Shown piece by piece: positions 25,769 to 34,448 of a stretch of 64,000 nt of DNA. The position numbers and the translations under genes are program-made. The notes under the pieces were generated by a model. The model ran no database searches and was not told the DNA's origin. It worked only from the letters and a program-made list of their open reading frames with translations. Position 1 is the stretch's first letter; each line of letters opens with the position of its first letter. The stretch is from Vicinamibacteria bacterium (GTDB lineage Bacteria > Acidobacteriota > Vicinamibacteria > Fen-336 > JAGNNV01): contig JANODX010000096.1 of assembly GCA_031412915.1 (NCBI GenBank), forward strand, positions 11,012-75,011, in the 5' to 3' direction.

Positions 25769-27457
25769 ATGATTCGTCGTGCGTTTCTGCTCGTCGTCGC
25801 CGCACTCGCTCTGTCACCGCCCCAAGCTCACGCGCAGTCGGCGCCCGCTCGCGCCAGGCTGGGCATGGTGATCACCGAGAGTGATATCGCGTCCGAGGTC
25901 GGTTTCGAGGTCATCAAGAGCGGAGGGAATGCGATCGACGCCGCGGTGGCGACGGCTTTCGCGATGGCCGTCACCCATCCCGCCGCAGGCAATATCGGAG
26001 GGGGCGGGTTTCTCGTGTACCGACCGGAGAGCGGCGAGCCCACGTCCTACGATTTCCGGGAGCGAGCACCCGCAGGGTCCTCGGCCGGGATGTGGATCAA
26101 GGACGGCAAGTACGACTCCGATCTCCATCACTACTCTCACCGGGCGGTGGGGGTGCCGGGCACTGTTTCCGGTCTCCACCTGGCGTGGAAGGAACATGGC
26201 TCGAAGCCGTGGAACGATCTCCTGAGGCCCGCAATGGCTCTGGCCAGGGACGGCTTCCTTATCTCGCATGGCCTCGCCCTGTCGCTCGAGGAGATGATCC
26301 CGGAGTTCAAGAAATACCCGGCGTCGCTGGCTCAGTTCTCGAAAGAAGGCGAGCCCTACCGGGCGGGCGAGATCCTCAAGCAGGCCGACCTGGCGCGCAC
26401 CCTGACCCGGATCGCCGAACAGGGACCGAAAGGCTTCTACGAGGGCGAGACGGCGATGCTCATCGAGAAAGAGATGAAGGCCCATGGCGGCCTCATTACG
26501 CGCGAGGATCTGAAGGCGTACCAGGCGAAGAAGCGCGACGTCATCAAGGGCGTCTACCGCGGCTACGACATCATCGGCATGGCCCCGCCCAGCTCGGGCG
26601 GTATCGCAGTCGTGGAGATGCTGAACCTGCTCGAGCCCTACGATCTCAAGGCGAACGGCTACGGCTCGGCCCTAAACCTGCACCTCATCACCGAGTCGAT
26701 GCGTCGGGCGTTCGCCGACCGGGCCCAGTTCATCGGCGACCCCGACTTCGTGACGGGCATGCCGATCGCGCGTTTGATCTCGAAGGAACATGCGGGCGTC
26801 CTGCGCATGACGATCGATCCCAACAAGGCCTCCAAGTCGTCACCCGGTTCGTTCACCTGGCCCGCCGAATCCCGGGAAACGACTCACCTGTCGATCGTCG
26901 ACGGCAGGCGCAACGCCGTGTCCCTGACCTACACCATCGAGGACTATTACGGCTCGCGCATCGTCGTGCCCGGGGCCGGGTTCCTGCTGAACAACGAGAT
27001 GGGCGACTTCAACGCCGGGGCGGGGCTGACGGACGAGCGCGGTCTCATCGGCACGGCGCCGAACCTCACGGAAGCCGGCAAGCGAATGCTGTCGAGCATG
27101 TCGCCCACGATCCTGGCCAGGGACGGCAAGCTCTTCATGATCACCGGGTCGCCGGGCGGCCGCACCATCATCAACACGGTTCTGACCACCATTCTCAATG
27201 TGGTGGATTTCGGGATGAACGCCCAGGAGGCGGTCGATGCGGGCCGCATGCACCACCAGTGGCTGCCCGACCGGCTCACCGTCGAACGCTACGGATTCTC
27301 GGCCGACACCATCAAAGCCCTGCGGGCGATGGGCCACACGGTGATCGAAGAGGGCGGCCAGGGCGCCGCACAGGTGATCGTCCTCAACCAGAAGCAGAAC
27401 ATCCTGGAGGGTGGGGTCGATCGGCGCGTGTCCGACGGCGGAGCGGCTGGGAAATAG
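25769..27457 (+). CDS. ggt: Gamma-glutamyltranspeptidase (secreted)
   Basis: Start at MIRRAFLLVVAALALSPPQAHAQ (signal peptide). Full-length GGT similarity, including the autoprocessing-site region THLSIVDGRRNAVSLTYTIE and the C-terminal GSPGGRTIINTVL. Confidence 0.9.
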   Translation: MIRRAFLLVVAALALSPPQAHAQSAPARARLGMVITESDIASEVGFEVIKSGGNAIDAAVATAFAMAVTHPAAGNIGGGGFLVYRPESGEPTSYDFRERAPAGSSAGMWIKDGKYDSDLHHYSHRAVGVPGTVSGLHLAWKEHGSKPWNDLLRPAMALARDGFLISHGLALSLEEMIPEFKKYPASLAQFSKEGEPYRAGEILKQADLARTLTRIAEQGPKGFYEGETAMLIEKEMKAHGGLITREDLKAYQAKKRDVIKGVYRGYDIIGMAPPSSGGIAVVEMLNLLEPYDLKANGYGSALNLHLITESMRRAFADRAQFIGDPDFVTGMPIARLISKEHAGVLRMTIDPNKASKSSPGSFTWPAESRETTHLSIVDGRRNAVSLTYTIEDYYGSRIVVPGAGFLLNNEMGDFNAGAGLTDERGLIGTAPNLTEAGKRMLSSMSPTILARDGKLFMITGSPGGRTIINTVLTTILNVVDFGMNAQEAVDAGRMHHQWLPDRLTVERYGFSADTIKALRAMGHTVIEEGGQGAAQVIVLNQKQNILEGGVDRRVSDGGAAGK

Positions 27458-27813
27458 AAGAACCCCGGTTGTCGCTCAAATCGAGAAGGGCGAGGGGCGA
27501 CGGAGAAGCGCCCCCTCGGGACATGCGCGCTGAATTGCGCGACTTCGACGCGCCGCCACGGGGCAGGCAGCAAGGCCGCAGGCAAATTGCGTGCGGCGCC
27601 GGGGAGTCTGGGCGCTGCATTTTTTGCGCTGAAATTTTCTATGAAATCGAAAACCAACTTGCTTTTCGGAACAAAGCGGGATTACGATTCAAACACTTTA
27701 GGTTCACCGTCAGGACCTCCGGGCTCATCAGGCCCAGCCTTTGTGCTGGACGGGTTGGGAAAGTCCGGGGCAGTTCGGGCGTTTTCTCTGGCGTTTTCCC
27801 TTTGGAGCTTTCG

Positions 27814-30800
27814 ATGAAACAGTTGAGAAATTGGCTCGCGTGCGGCATTGTGCTACTCGCCGGCGCAACCGCGACCCTGGCCCAGACCTATCACGGAGGC
27901 CTGCGCGGAATCGTCCGCGAAGCGGGCGCCGTTGTACCCGGAGTCTCTGTCGCGTTGACCAACGAGGGGACCAATGCGGTCCGAACCACCCAGACGAACA
28001 CTCTGGGAGAGTACGTTTTCGCCCAGGTGGATCCGGGAAGTTACGCCCTCAAGGTTGGGATCCAGGGCTTCAAAACCATTGATACCAAGGGATTGAGAAT
28101 CGGCACACAGCAGTTCCGCACCATGGACTTCACCCTCGAGATCGGCACCCTGGCCGAGACCGTCGTGGTCGAAGGTACGGCCCAGTTGCTCGAAACCTCG
28201 AACGCCTCGGTGAGCAGCACGCTCGACTCCGCCACGCTGCAGACCCTTCCCACCGCCGGCCGCAACCCGTTCTTCCTGGCCACCATAACCCCCGGGGTGA
28301 CCCACACCGGCGACCCGCAGTTCGTTCGCCAGCAGGACCAGACCAACTCCTCGCTTCTCTCCCTCGGGGGCGGACCGCGGCGCGGCAACAACTACACCCT
28401 CGACGGCGTTTCGGTCGTGGACATCCGCAACCGCGCCACCATCATCCCTTCGCTCGAGGCGGTGGAAGAGGTCAAGATCCAGGTCAGCACGTACGACTCC
28501 GAGATGGGGCGCACCGGCGGGGGCGTCTTCAACATGACGGGCAAGTCGGGAAGCAATGCCTGGCATGGCGCTGCCCTGGGCCAGACCCGGCCGAGTTCGA
28601 TGAGGGCCCGGGATTTCTTCTCTCAGAAGGCCTGCGACGCGGATGCCAGCGCCTGCGAGAAGTCCGATACCTACTTCTATCTGTACGGGGGCTCGATCGG
28701 CGGCCCGATCGTGAAGAACAAGACCTTCTTCTGGGGAACGTTCGAGGGCTACGATACGAACACCCGAAGCAGTCAGGTCGTGATCACACCGACCGATCGC
28801 GAGTTGAACGGAGACTTCTCCCAGAGCGGGGTCACGATCTACGACCCCCTGACCACGCGGCCGGATCCGAACCGGCCGGGGCAGTACATCCGCACTCCCT
28901 TCCCGGGCAACGTGATCCCGGCCAATCGCATCAGCCCGGTGGCCGCTGGGCTCCGGAAATTCTGGCCTAAGCCCGGAGCCTTCGACGCTTCCCTGGTGGA
29001 CAAGTCGATCACCGGAACGCTCAAGCTCGATCAGATATGGAACGAAAAGGTGCGCTCGTCGGCGATGTATGGCTACTATGACTCGACGGAGCCTGCGGTT
29101 CGCTCCTACGGTGGGGACATCGGCCAGAACCCTGCCGACCCCGGTGACGGCGCGCTCTACCGCACGGTCCACGCCATAGCCATCAACAACACGATCACTC
29201 CCAACGCCAGCACCGTCGCGCACGTGCGGTTCGGGTATACGAGCTTCGCTGACGACTGCGTGCCCGTGGAATTCGACCCCGGCACACTTGGGTTCGCTTC
29301 GTCCTATGCATCGGCAGTCCCTCGGAAGAAGTTCCCGGCCTTCGCCGTCGGGGATTACGGCACGGACTACAACGGCCGGCTATTCGGGGACCGTGGTATC
29401 CAGGACACCGGCTACTACTCGTGGGACGCCAATGCCTCGATGTCCAAACTGATGGGTAAGCACACCGTCAAGTTCGGAGCGTCCTACCGGCAGATCGGGT
29501 TCACGAATACCACCGCCGCCCAGTCCAGCGGTGAATTCACCTTCAACGGCCAGTTCACGAGCGCCAACCCGCTGAGCCCCACGAACAACGACCCGTATGC
29601 GCTCTCGGCATTTCTGCTCGGCTACCCGTCGACCGGTAGCATGGTCGTGGCTACGCCGAACGACTTCTTCATCAACTACTACGCGGGGTATGTCCAGGAC
29701 GACATCCGGATCAACTCCAACCTGACCGTGAACGCGGGCGTCCGTTACGAGTTCGAGCAGGGCTTGCAGGAGAAGAACAACGCCTTCACGGTCGGCTTCG
29801 ACCGTGACCGCGCCTTCCCCGTGCAGGTCGGGGGCCTGAATCTCAAAGGCGGTCTGCAATACGCGGGAGTGGATGGGTATCCGACACACCAGAGCGACCC
29901 CTCCAAGACGAAGTTCGCGCCGCGCGCGGGCTTCGCGTGGTCGATCGACTCGAAGACGGTGTTGCGCGGAGGCTTTGGCCTGTTCTGGGCTCCCTACCAG
30001 TACGCGTTCCCGAGCGAGACCAACCTCGGGGCACGCGGCTTCACCCAGGTGACCGACTACGTGGCGAGCACCGACGGAGGCCTGACCCCTTGCGCGACTT
30101 GCAACATCGTGAATCCGTTCCCGAGAGGATTCCAGCAGCCCACCGGCAGCAAGAACGGTCTGGCGACGGGTGCTGGCGGCACGGTGGAATTCGTGGACCA
30201 GTTCCGCCAGTCTCCCTATGTGCAACAGTACTCCCTCGACTTCCAGCGTGAGATCGGCGGCAGAATCACGTTGGGGCTCGGCTACATCGGGTCCCGCACC
30301 GAGAGGATCGGGGTCGGCGGCAACGATTCCGCGACTGTCAATATCAACCAGCTCGATCCGAAATATCAGGCCCTGGGCGCGGCCCTGGCGCAGCAGGTGC
30401 CAAACCCGTTCTTCGGCAACGCGACCTTCGGCTCCTTCTCGACCTCACCCACCATCTCCCGCGGGCAACTCCTGCGTCCCTACCCACAGTTCGGCGACGT
30501 CCTCGCCCACCAGGTGAGTGCCGGCAAGGCGCGCTATCACTCGCTGATCGTGAGGATGGAGCGGCCAATGCGGGGCGGCTGGGGTGGCCGCATCAACTAC
30601 ACCTGGAGTTCCAACGAGAGCAACGTCTTCGGCGAGCGGAACGCGTTCAGCAACAACGGCGGCGCCCAGTCCCGGCCGGTCAACAGCTACGACCTCGATG
30701 CCGAGTACGCACCCTCGGTGACGGAGCAGCCGCATCGGCTCAACTACGCTATTACCTTCGAACTGCCTTTCGGCAAGGGCAAGAAGCACTTGTCGGAGCC

Positions 30801-31302
30801 GGGTCTGGCCCGTGTCCTGTTCGGCGGCTGGTCGATCACGGGGGTCGGGTACTTCCAAAGCGGTTTCCCGGTGGTCGTCACCCAGGCCTCCAACAACTCC
30901 GGCGTGTTCGGGAGAATTCAGCGACCGAACGTGACGGGCACCGACCCCGCGACCTCGGGCAGCACCGAGGATCGATATAACGCGAGCTGCGGTTGCATCG
31001 CGAACTGGTTCAACCCGGCCGCGTGGTCGGCCGCTGCGCCTTTCACGTTCGGCAACGCCCCGCGCACGGACAGCCGTATGCGGACGCCGTTCAAGACCCA
31101 GACGGACATCGCGTTCCAGAAGACCGAGCCTTTGGGCTCAGGCGGCAAGAACCTGATGTTCCGGTTGGAGATGATCAACATCCTCAACGACTCGCAGTTC
31201 AGCGGGCCGAACACGAGCTTCGGTTCCTCGAGCTTCGGGAGAATCACCGGTCTACGAGGTTTCCCGCGCCTGATGCAAGTCATGGTACGGCTCGGGTTCT
31301 AG
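27814..31302 (+). CDS. Outer-membrane TonB-dependent-receptor-like protein with an N-terminal carboxypeptidase-regulatory-like domain (third paralog)
   Basis: Start at MKQLRNWLACGIVLLAGATATLAQ directly after an AT-rich intergenic region. GIVREAGAVVPGVSVALTNEGTN...LGEYVF domain; 1162 aa; C-terminal aromatic residue ...MVRLGF. The 1736-aa track ORF is an in-frame upstream read-through across ggt. Confidence 0.85.
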   Translation: MKQLRNWLACGIVLLAGATATLAQTYHGGLRGIVREAGAVVPGVSVALTNEGTNAVRTTQTNTLGEYVFAQVDPGSYALKVGIQGFKTIDTKGLRIGTQQFRTMDFTLEIGTLAETVVVEGTAQLLETSNASVSSTLDSATLQTLPTAGRNPFFLATITPGVTHTGDPQFVRQQDQTNSSLLSLGGGPRRGNNYTLDGVSVVDIRNRATIIPSLEAVEEVKIQVSTYDSEMGRTGGGVFNMTGKSGSNAWHGAALGQTRPSSMRARDFFSQKACDADASACEKSDTYFYLYGGSIGGPIVKNKTFFWGTFEGYDTNTRSSQVVITPTDRELNGDFSQSGVTIYDPLTTRPDPNRPGQYIRTPFPGNVIPANRISPVAAGLRKFWPKPGAFDASLVDKSITGTLKLDQIWNEKVRSSAMYGYYDSTEPAVRSYGGDIGQNPADPGDGALYRTVHAIAINNTITPNASTVAHVRFGYTSFADDCVPVEFDPGTLGFASSYASAVPRKKFPAFAVGDYGTDYNGRLFGDRGIQDTGYYSWDANASMSKLMGKHTVKFGASYRQIGFTNTTAAQSSGEFTFNGQFTSANPLSPTNNDPYALSAFLLGYPSTGSMVVATPNDFFINYYAGYVQDDIRINSNLTVNAGVRYEFEQGLQEKNNAFTVGFDRDRAFPVQVGGLNLKGGLQYAGVDGYPTHQSDPSKTKFAPRAGFAWSIDSKTVLRGGFGLFWAPYQYAFPSETNLGARGFTQVTDYVASTDGGLTPCATCNIVNPFPRGFQQPTGSKNGLATGAGGTVEFVDQFRQSPYVQQYSLDFQREIGGRITLGLGYIGSRTERIGVGGNDSATVNINQLDPKYQALGAALAQQVPNPFFGNATFGSFSTSPTISRGQLLRPYPQFGDVLAHQVSAGKARYHSLIVRMERPMRGGWGGRINYTWSSNESNVFGERNAFSNNGGAQSRPVNSYDLDAEYAPSVTEQPHRLNYAITFELPFGKGKKHLSEPGLARVLFGGWSITGVGYFQSGFPVVVTQASNNSGVFGRIQRPNVTGTDPATSGSTEDRYNASCGCIANWFNPAAWSAAAPFTFGNAPRTDSRMRTPFKTQTDIAFQKTEPLGSGGKNLMFRLEMINILNDSQFSGPNTSFGSSSFGRITGLRGFPRLMQVMVRLGF

Positions 31303-31346
31303 CGAGCACCCGGGTAACCGGGCGGTCGTTTCGACCAAATCTCACC

Positions 31347-31376
31347 GGGCGGCTCCTTCGGGGGCCGCCCGTTTTA
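31347..31376 (+). terminator. Rho-independent-terminator-like hairpin (GGGCGGCTCC-TTCG-GGGGCCGCCC followed by GTTTTAG)
   Basis: Seen directly, 45 nt after the TonB-like gene stop: GC-rich stem followed by a T-run. Confidence 0.5.
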
Positions 31377-31432
31377 GTTCCGGCCTCGAAACATCATCGT
31401 CTCGGTCGGTGGGCTAGGCTAGGATCCGCCTC

Positions 31433-32665
31433 GTGAGCTTGCAGCAACCGAGGCGCGCAAGGTCGGTGGATCGCCCAGGTGTCACCCGCCGGGGGTTCCT
31501 GGGGGCCACCCTGGCCGTGAGCGGTGGCGCCCTGGCGGGCCCGCGCGAGTTCGGGTTTCCTCAGGCGGCTGCCTCCAGCGCAGCGCCATGTCCCGACCCG
31601 TTCAGGGACGGGCGCCTGCTCGGCACCCTGCCCCTGTCGGGGCGAGGTGCTTTCGAGCACCCGCTCGGAACGATGCTGGGCGAAGGGCTGGACGCGAGAC
31701 TCGCGACCGATTTGTCGACCCTGACTCCGGACACCCTGGTCACGCCGAGCGACCGCTTCTTCGTACGCACGAGCACTCCCCCGGATCTCGACGCGCGGGG
31801 GCCCTGGACGATCAACGTTCGTGGCCTGGTCCCGGCCGCTCTCGATCTTGGTCTCCATTCACTGACGCCCCTCGCACGCCCGATGGGCGTCCACCTGATG
31901 GAGTGCGCGGGCAACAACAACCCGGCCAACTTCGGCCTGATGGGAGCCGCGAGCTGGGCCGGCATCCCGCTCGAGCGCGTGCTCGAGCGGGCCCATCCGC
32001 TGCCCCGGGCCACCCGCGTGCTGGTTTCGGGGATGGATGCGCAACCCGGCCGTTCACGCACGTCGCTGCCCGGTGCGAGCTGGATCTTCACGCTGGACCA
32101 GATCGAGCGCGCGCGGCCATTCCTGGCCACCGAGATGAACGGTGCGCCTCTTCCGAGGGTGCACGGCGCGCCCGTGCGCCTGATCGTGCCTCGCTGGTAC
32201 GGCTGCGCCAGCATCAAATGGGTCACCGGTATCGAGTTCGTCGACGAGGATGCCGCTTCGACCCCGCACATGCGCGAGTTCGCGAGGCGCACCCACCAGG
32301 ACGGAATACCGATGCGGGCGAGCGACTTCAAGGCCGCGAGCATCGACCAGGCGGCCATGCCCGTGCGCGTCGAGAAGTGGCTGGTGAATGGGTCGATCCG
32401 CTACCGCGTGGTGGGGATCGTGTGGGGCGGCGACCGGATCACCGACACCCTGCAGATCGGCTTCGGCTCGGACGACTCGTATGTGCCGGTGGAGGTGTGC
32501 CCCAAACCAACCACCAACGACACCTGGAGTCTGTGGTCATACGAGTGGAGACCGCGCACGCCCGGGTACTACCAGATCCTGCTCCGCTTCGGCGATCGGT
32601 CCATCCCTACTCGACGTCTCGATCTCTACTACTACATTCGTGGCGTCCGGGTGGACGAGGTCTAG
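31433..32665 (+). CDS. Tat-exported molybdopterin-dependent oxidoreductase (sulfite-oxidase/YedY-like family)
   Basis: Tat leader RRGFLGATLAVSGGALA. Moco-domain features including the Cys-containing block HLMECAGNNNPANFGLMGAASWAGIPL and the C-terminal Ig-like dimerisation-type region. Confidence 0.8.
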   Translation: MSLQQPRRARSVDRPGVTRRGFLGATLAVSGGALAGPREFGFPQAAASSAAPCPDPFRDGRLLGTLPLSGRGAFEHPLGTMLGEGLDARLATDLSTLTPDTLVTPSDRFFVRTSTPPDLDARGPWTINVRGLVPAALDLGLHSLTPLARPMGVHLMECAGNNNPANFGLMGAASWAGIPLERVLERAHPLPRATRVLVSGMDAQPGRSRTSLPGASWIFTLDQIERARPFLATEMNGAPLPRVHGAPVRLIVPRWYGCASIKWVTGIEFVDEDAASTPHMREFARRTHQDGIPMRASDFKAASIDQAAMPVRVEKWLVNGSIRYRVVGIVWGGDRITDTLQIGFGSDDSYVPVEVCPKPTTNDTWSLWSYEWRPRTPGYYQILLRFGDRSIPTRRLDLYYYIRGVRVDEV

Positions 32666-34269
32666 TGTCCCTCTGGAAGGGCCTCCTTCCCGTCCTCGGA
32701 GTCCTGGGCCTGGGCCTCGCCCCAGCCCCGCCTCAGACCGACACCGGGGGGCTGGGCAAATTGAGCTTTGGAACCTCGGGAGCAGCCGAGGCTCAGCCTC
32801 CATTTCTCCGTGGGGTGGCGGCGCTGCACAACTTCGCGTACGAGGAGGCCGTCCTCGAATTCCAGAAAGCCGAGCGGATCGATCCCACGTTCGCCATGGC
32901 CTACTGGGGAGAGGCCATGGCCTACAACCAGACGCTCTGGCTCAATCAGGACCCCGAGGCCGCACGGGGCATCCTGAAGCGCTTGGGCCCCACGAAGGAA
33001 GCGCGCGCGAAAAAAGCCGGGTCGGAGAAGGAGAGAGGTTTCCTCGCCGCCATCGACGTGCTGTTCGGACCTGGAGACAAGGCCGCGCGCGACCTCGCCT
33101 ACGCGAAGGCCATGGAGCGGCTGTACCTGCGCTATCCGGGCGATCATGAGGTGGCGTGCTTCTATGCGCTGGCCCTTCTCGCCACCGCCATGCGCAGCCC
33201 GGCCCTCTACTCCGAGGCGAACGAGGAGGTCCATCAGCACGCGCTCGTGGGAAGCGAAACCCAGGATCAGGTGGCGGCAATCCTCGACAAGGTCCTGAAG
33301 GCAAATCCCGGCCATCCAGGAGCCCTCCACTACTCCATCCACAACCACGATGACCCCGAGCACGCCAGGCTCGCCCTTCCCGCCGCGCGCCGGTACGCCA
33401 AGGCAGCACCCGACTCGTCGCACGCGCTGCACATGCCGGCCCACATCTTCGTGCAGCTCGGCAACTGGGCGGAGGCCGCGGCCACGGACGAGGCTTCGTT
33501 CGCGCAATCGATCGCCTGGGTGAACCGGCACGGGTTCAGGATCGGCATGCGCGATTACCACAGCCTTTCCTGGCTCTGCTACGAGGTCCTCCAGCAGGGG
33601 CGGTTTCGCCGGGCGAGGGAGACCCTGGAACTGATCCGGGCCGGTATCGCCGACACGGGCGCGCAACGCCTCAAGGCCATTGAATCGGCCATGCGCGCCC
33701 AGTACGTCATCGATACGCGCTCGTGGGAGATGCTCCGCGATCAAGCGGACTTCAGCACCGCCGCGGAGTTGTTCGCGATCGGCATGAGCGGCGCGGAAGC
33801 GGGGCGTCCCCAGGTGGGCGTCCTCGCCATGAACGAACTCAAGAGGCGGTCCCAGGGCGGGAAGCTCGACGCCGCGGTCATGGAGAAGGAGCTCGCCGCC
33901 ACTCTGGAACTCCGGCAAGGGCGGAAGGACCGCGCGGTCGCACTCGCGGAAGAAGCGGTGGCTATCGAAAAAAAGCTCCCGCCCCCGCTCGGTCCACCCC
34001 GGCCCGTGAAACCAGCCCTGGAGCTGTATGGGGAGATTCTCCTGGAGGCGGGTCGGGCCCGGGACGCCGCCCTTGCCTTCGAGCACGCACTCGCCCGCTG
34101 GCCGAACCGCTCGGCCTCCCTGCTGGGGCTGGCTCGCGCCTCGGCGGCCGCGGGCGACCGGGTGGCCGCGCGAAGGAGCTACCGTCAACTCCTTTCGAAC
34201 TGGAGCCACGCGGATCCGGACGTGAACGGGCTCGACGAGGCCCGGCGGGCCGTCGCTGGGGCCAAGTGA
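32665..34269 (+). CDS. Secreted hypothetical protein with TPR-like helical repeats, start overlapping the stop of the Mo-enzyme gene
   Basis: GTG at 32665 overlaps the TAG of the upstream gene (TAGTG). N-terminus VSLWKGLLPVLGVLGLGLAPAPPQ looks like a signal peptide. Helical-repeat-rich. No heme-binding CxxCH motif. Confidence 0.55.
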   Translation: MSLWKGLLPVLGVLGLGLAPAPPQTDTGGLGKLSFGTSGAAEAQPPFLRGVAALHNFAYEEAVLEFQKAERIDPTFAMAYWGEAMAYNQTLWLNQDPEAARGILKRLGPTKEARAKKAGSEKERGFLAAIDVLFGPGDKAARDLAYAKAMERLYLRYPGDHEVACFYALALLATAMRSPALYSEANEEVHQHALVGSETQDQVAAILDKVLKANPGHPGALHYSIHNHDDPEHARLALPAARRYAKAAPDSSHALHMPAHIFVQLGNWAEAAATDEASFAQSIAWVNRHGFRIGMRDYHSLSWLCYEVLQQGRFRRARETLELIRAGIADTGAQRLKAIESAMRAQYVIDTRSWEMLRDQADFSTAAELFAIGMSGAEAGRPQVGVLAMNELKRRSQGGKLDAAVMEKELAATLELRQGRKDRAVALAEEAVAIEKKLPPPLGPPRPVKPALELYGEILLEAGRARDAALAFEHALARWPNRSASLLGLARASAAAGDRVAARRSYRQLLSNWSHADPDVNGLDEARRAVAGAK

Positions 34270-34317
34270 GAGCGGCTCGGATGGGCGCGACACGGCTGCT
34301 GAGAAACACGTTCAAGA

Positions 34318-34447
34318 ACGGCCCATTCCGGGCACTCCTGGTGCAACGGTGGCTGAGCTTGCCCGCGCTGAGCCTGGTCGAAGCGTCGAAGCCACCGGCG
34401 GTCCCTTCGACCGTTCGACAGGGCTCACGGCAAGCAGGCTCAGGGAC
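34318..34447 (+). repeat. Intergenic structured repeat, copy C, located in the 5' region of the sulfatase-like gene
   Basis: AACGGCCCATTCCGGGCACTCCTGGTGCAACGGTGGCTGAGCTTGCCCGCGCTGAGCCTGGTCGAAGCGTCGAAGCCACCGGCGGTCCCTTCGACCG... is nearly identical to copy A over about 100 nt. Confidence 0.8.
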
Positions 34448-34448
34448 C

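Noticed and set aside
34326-34350. Sigma-54-like spacing (GG-N10-GC: cGGGCACtcctgGTGCAa) inside repeat copy C
   Set aside because: Only copy C has the correct GG/GC dinucleotides (copies A and B have GA at the -12 position). The -12 element is GTGC rather than TTGC, and no bEBP/enhancer context is evident. Probably coincidental.
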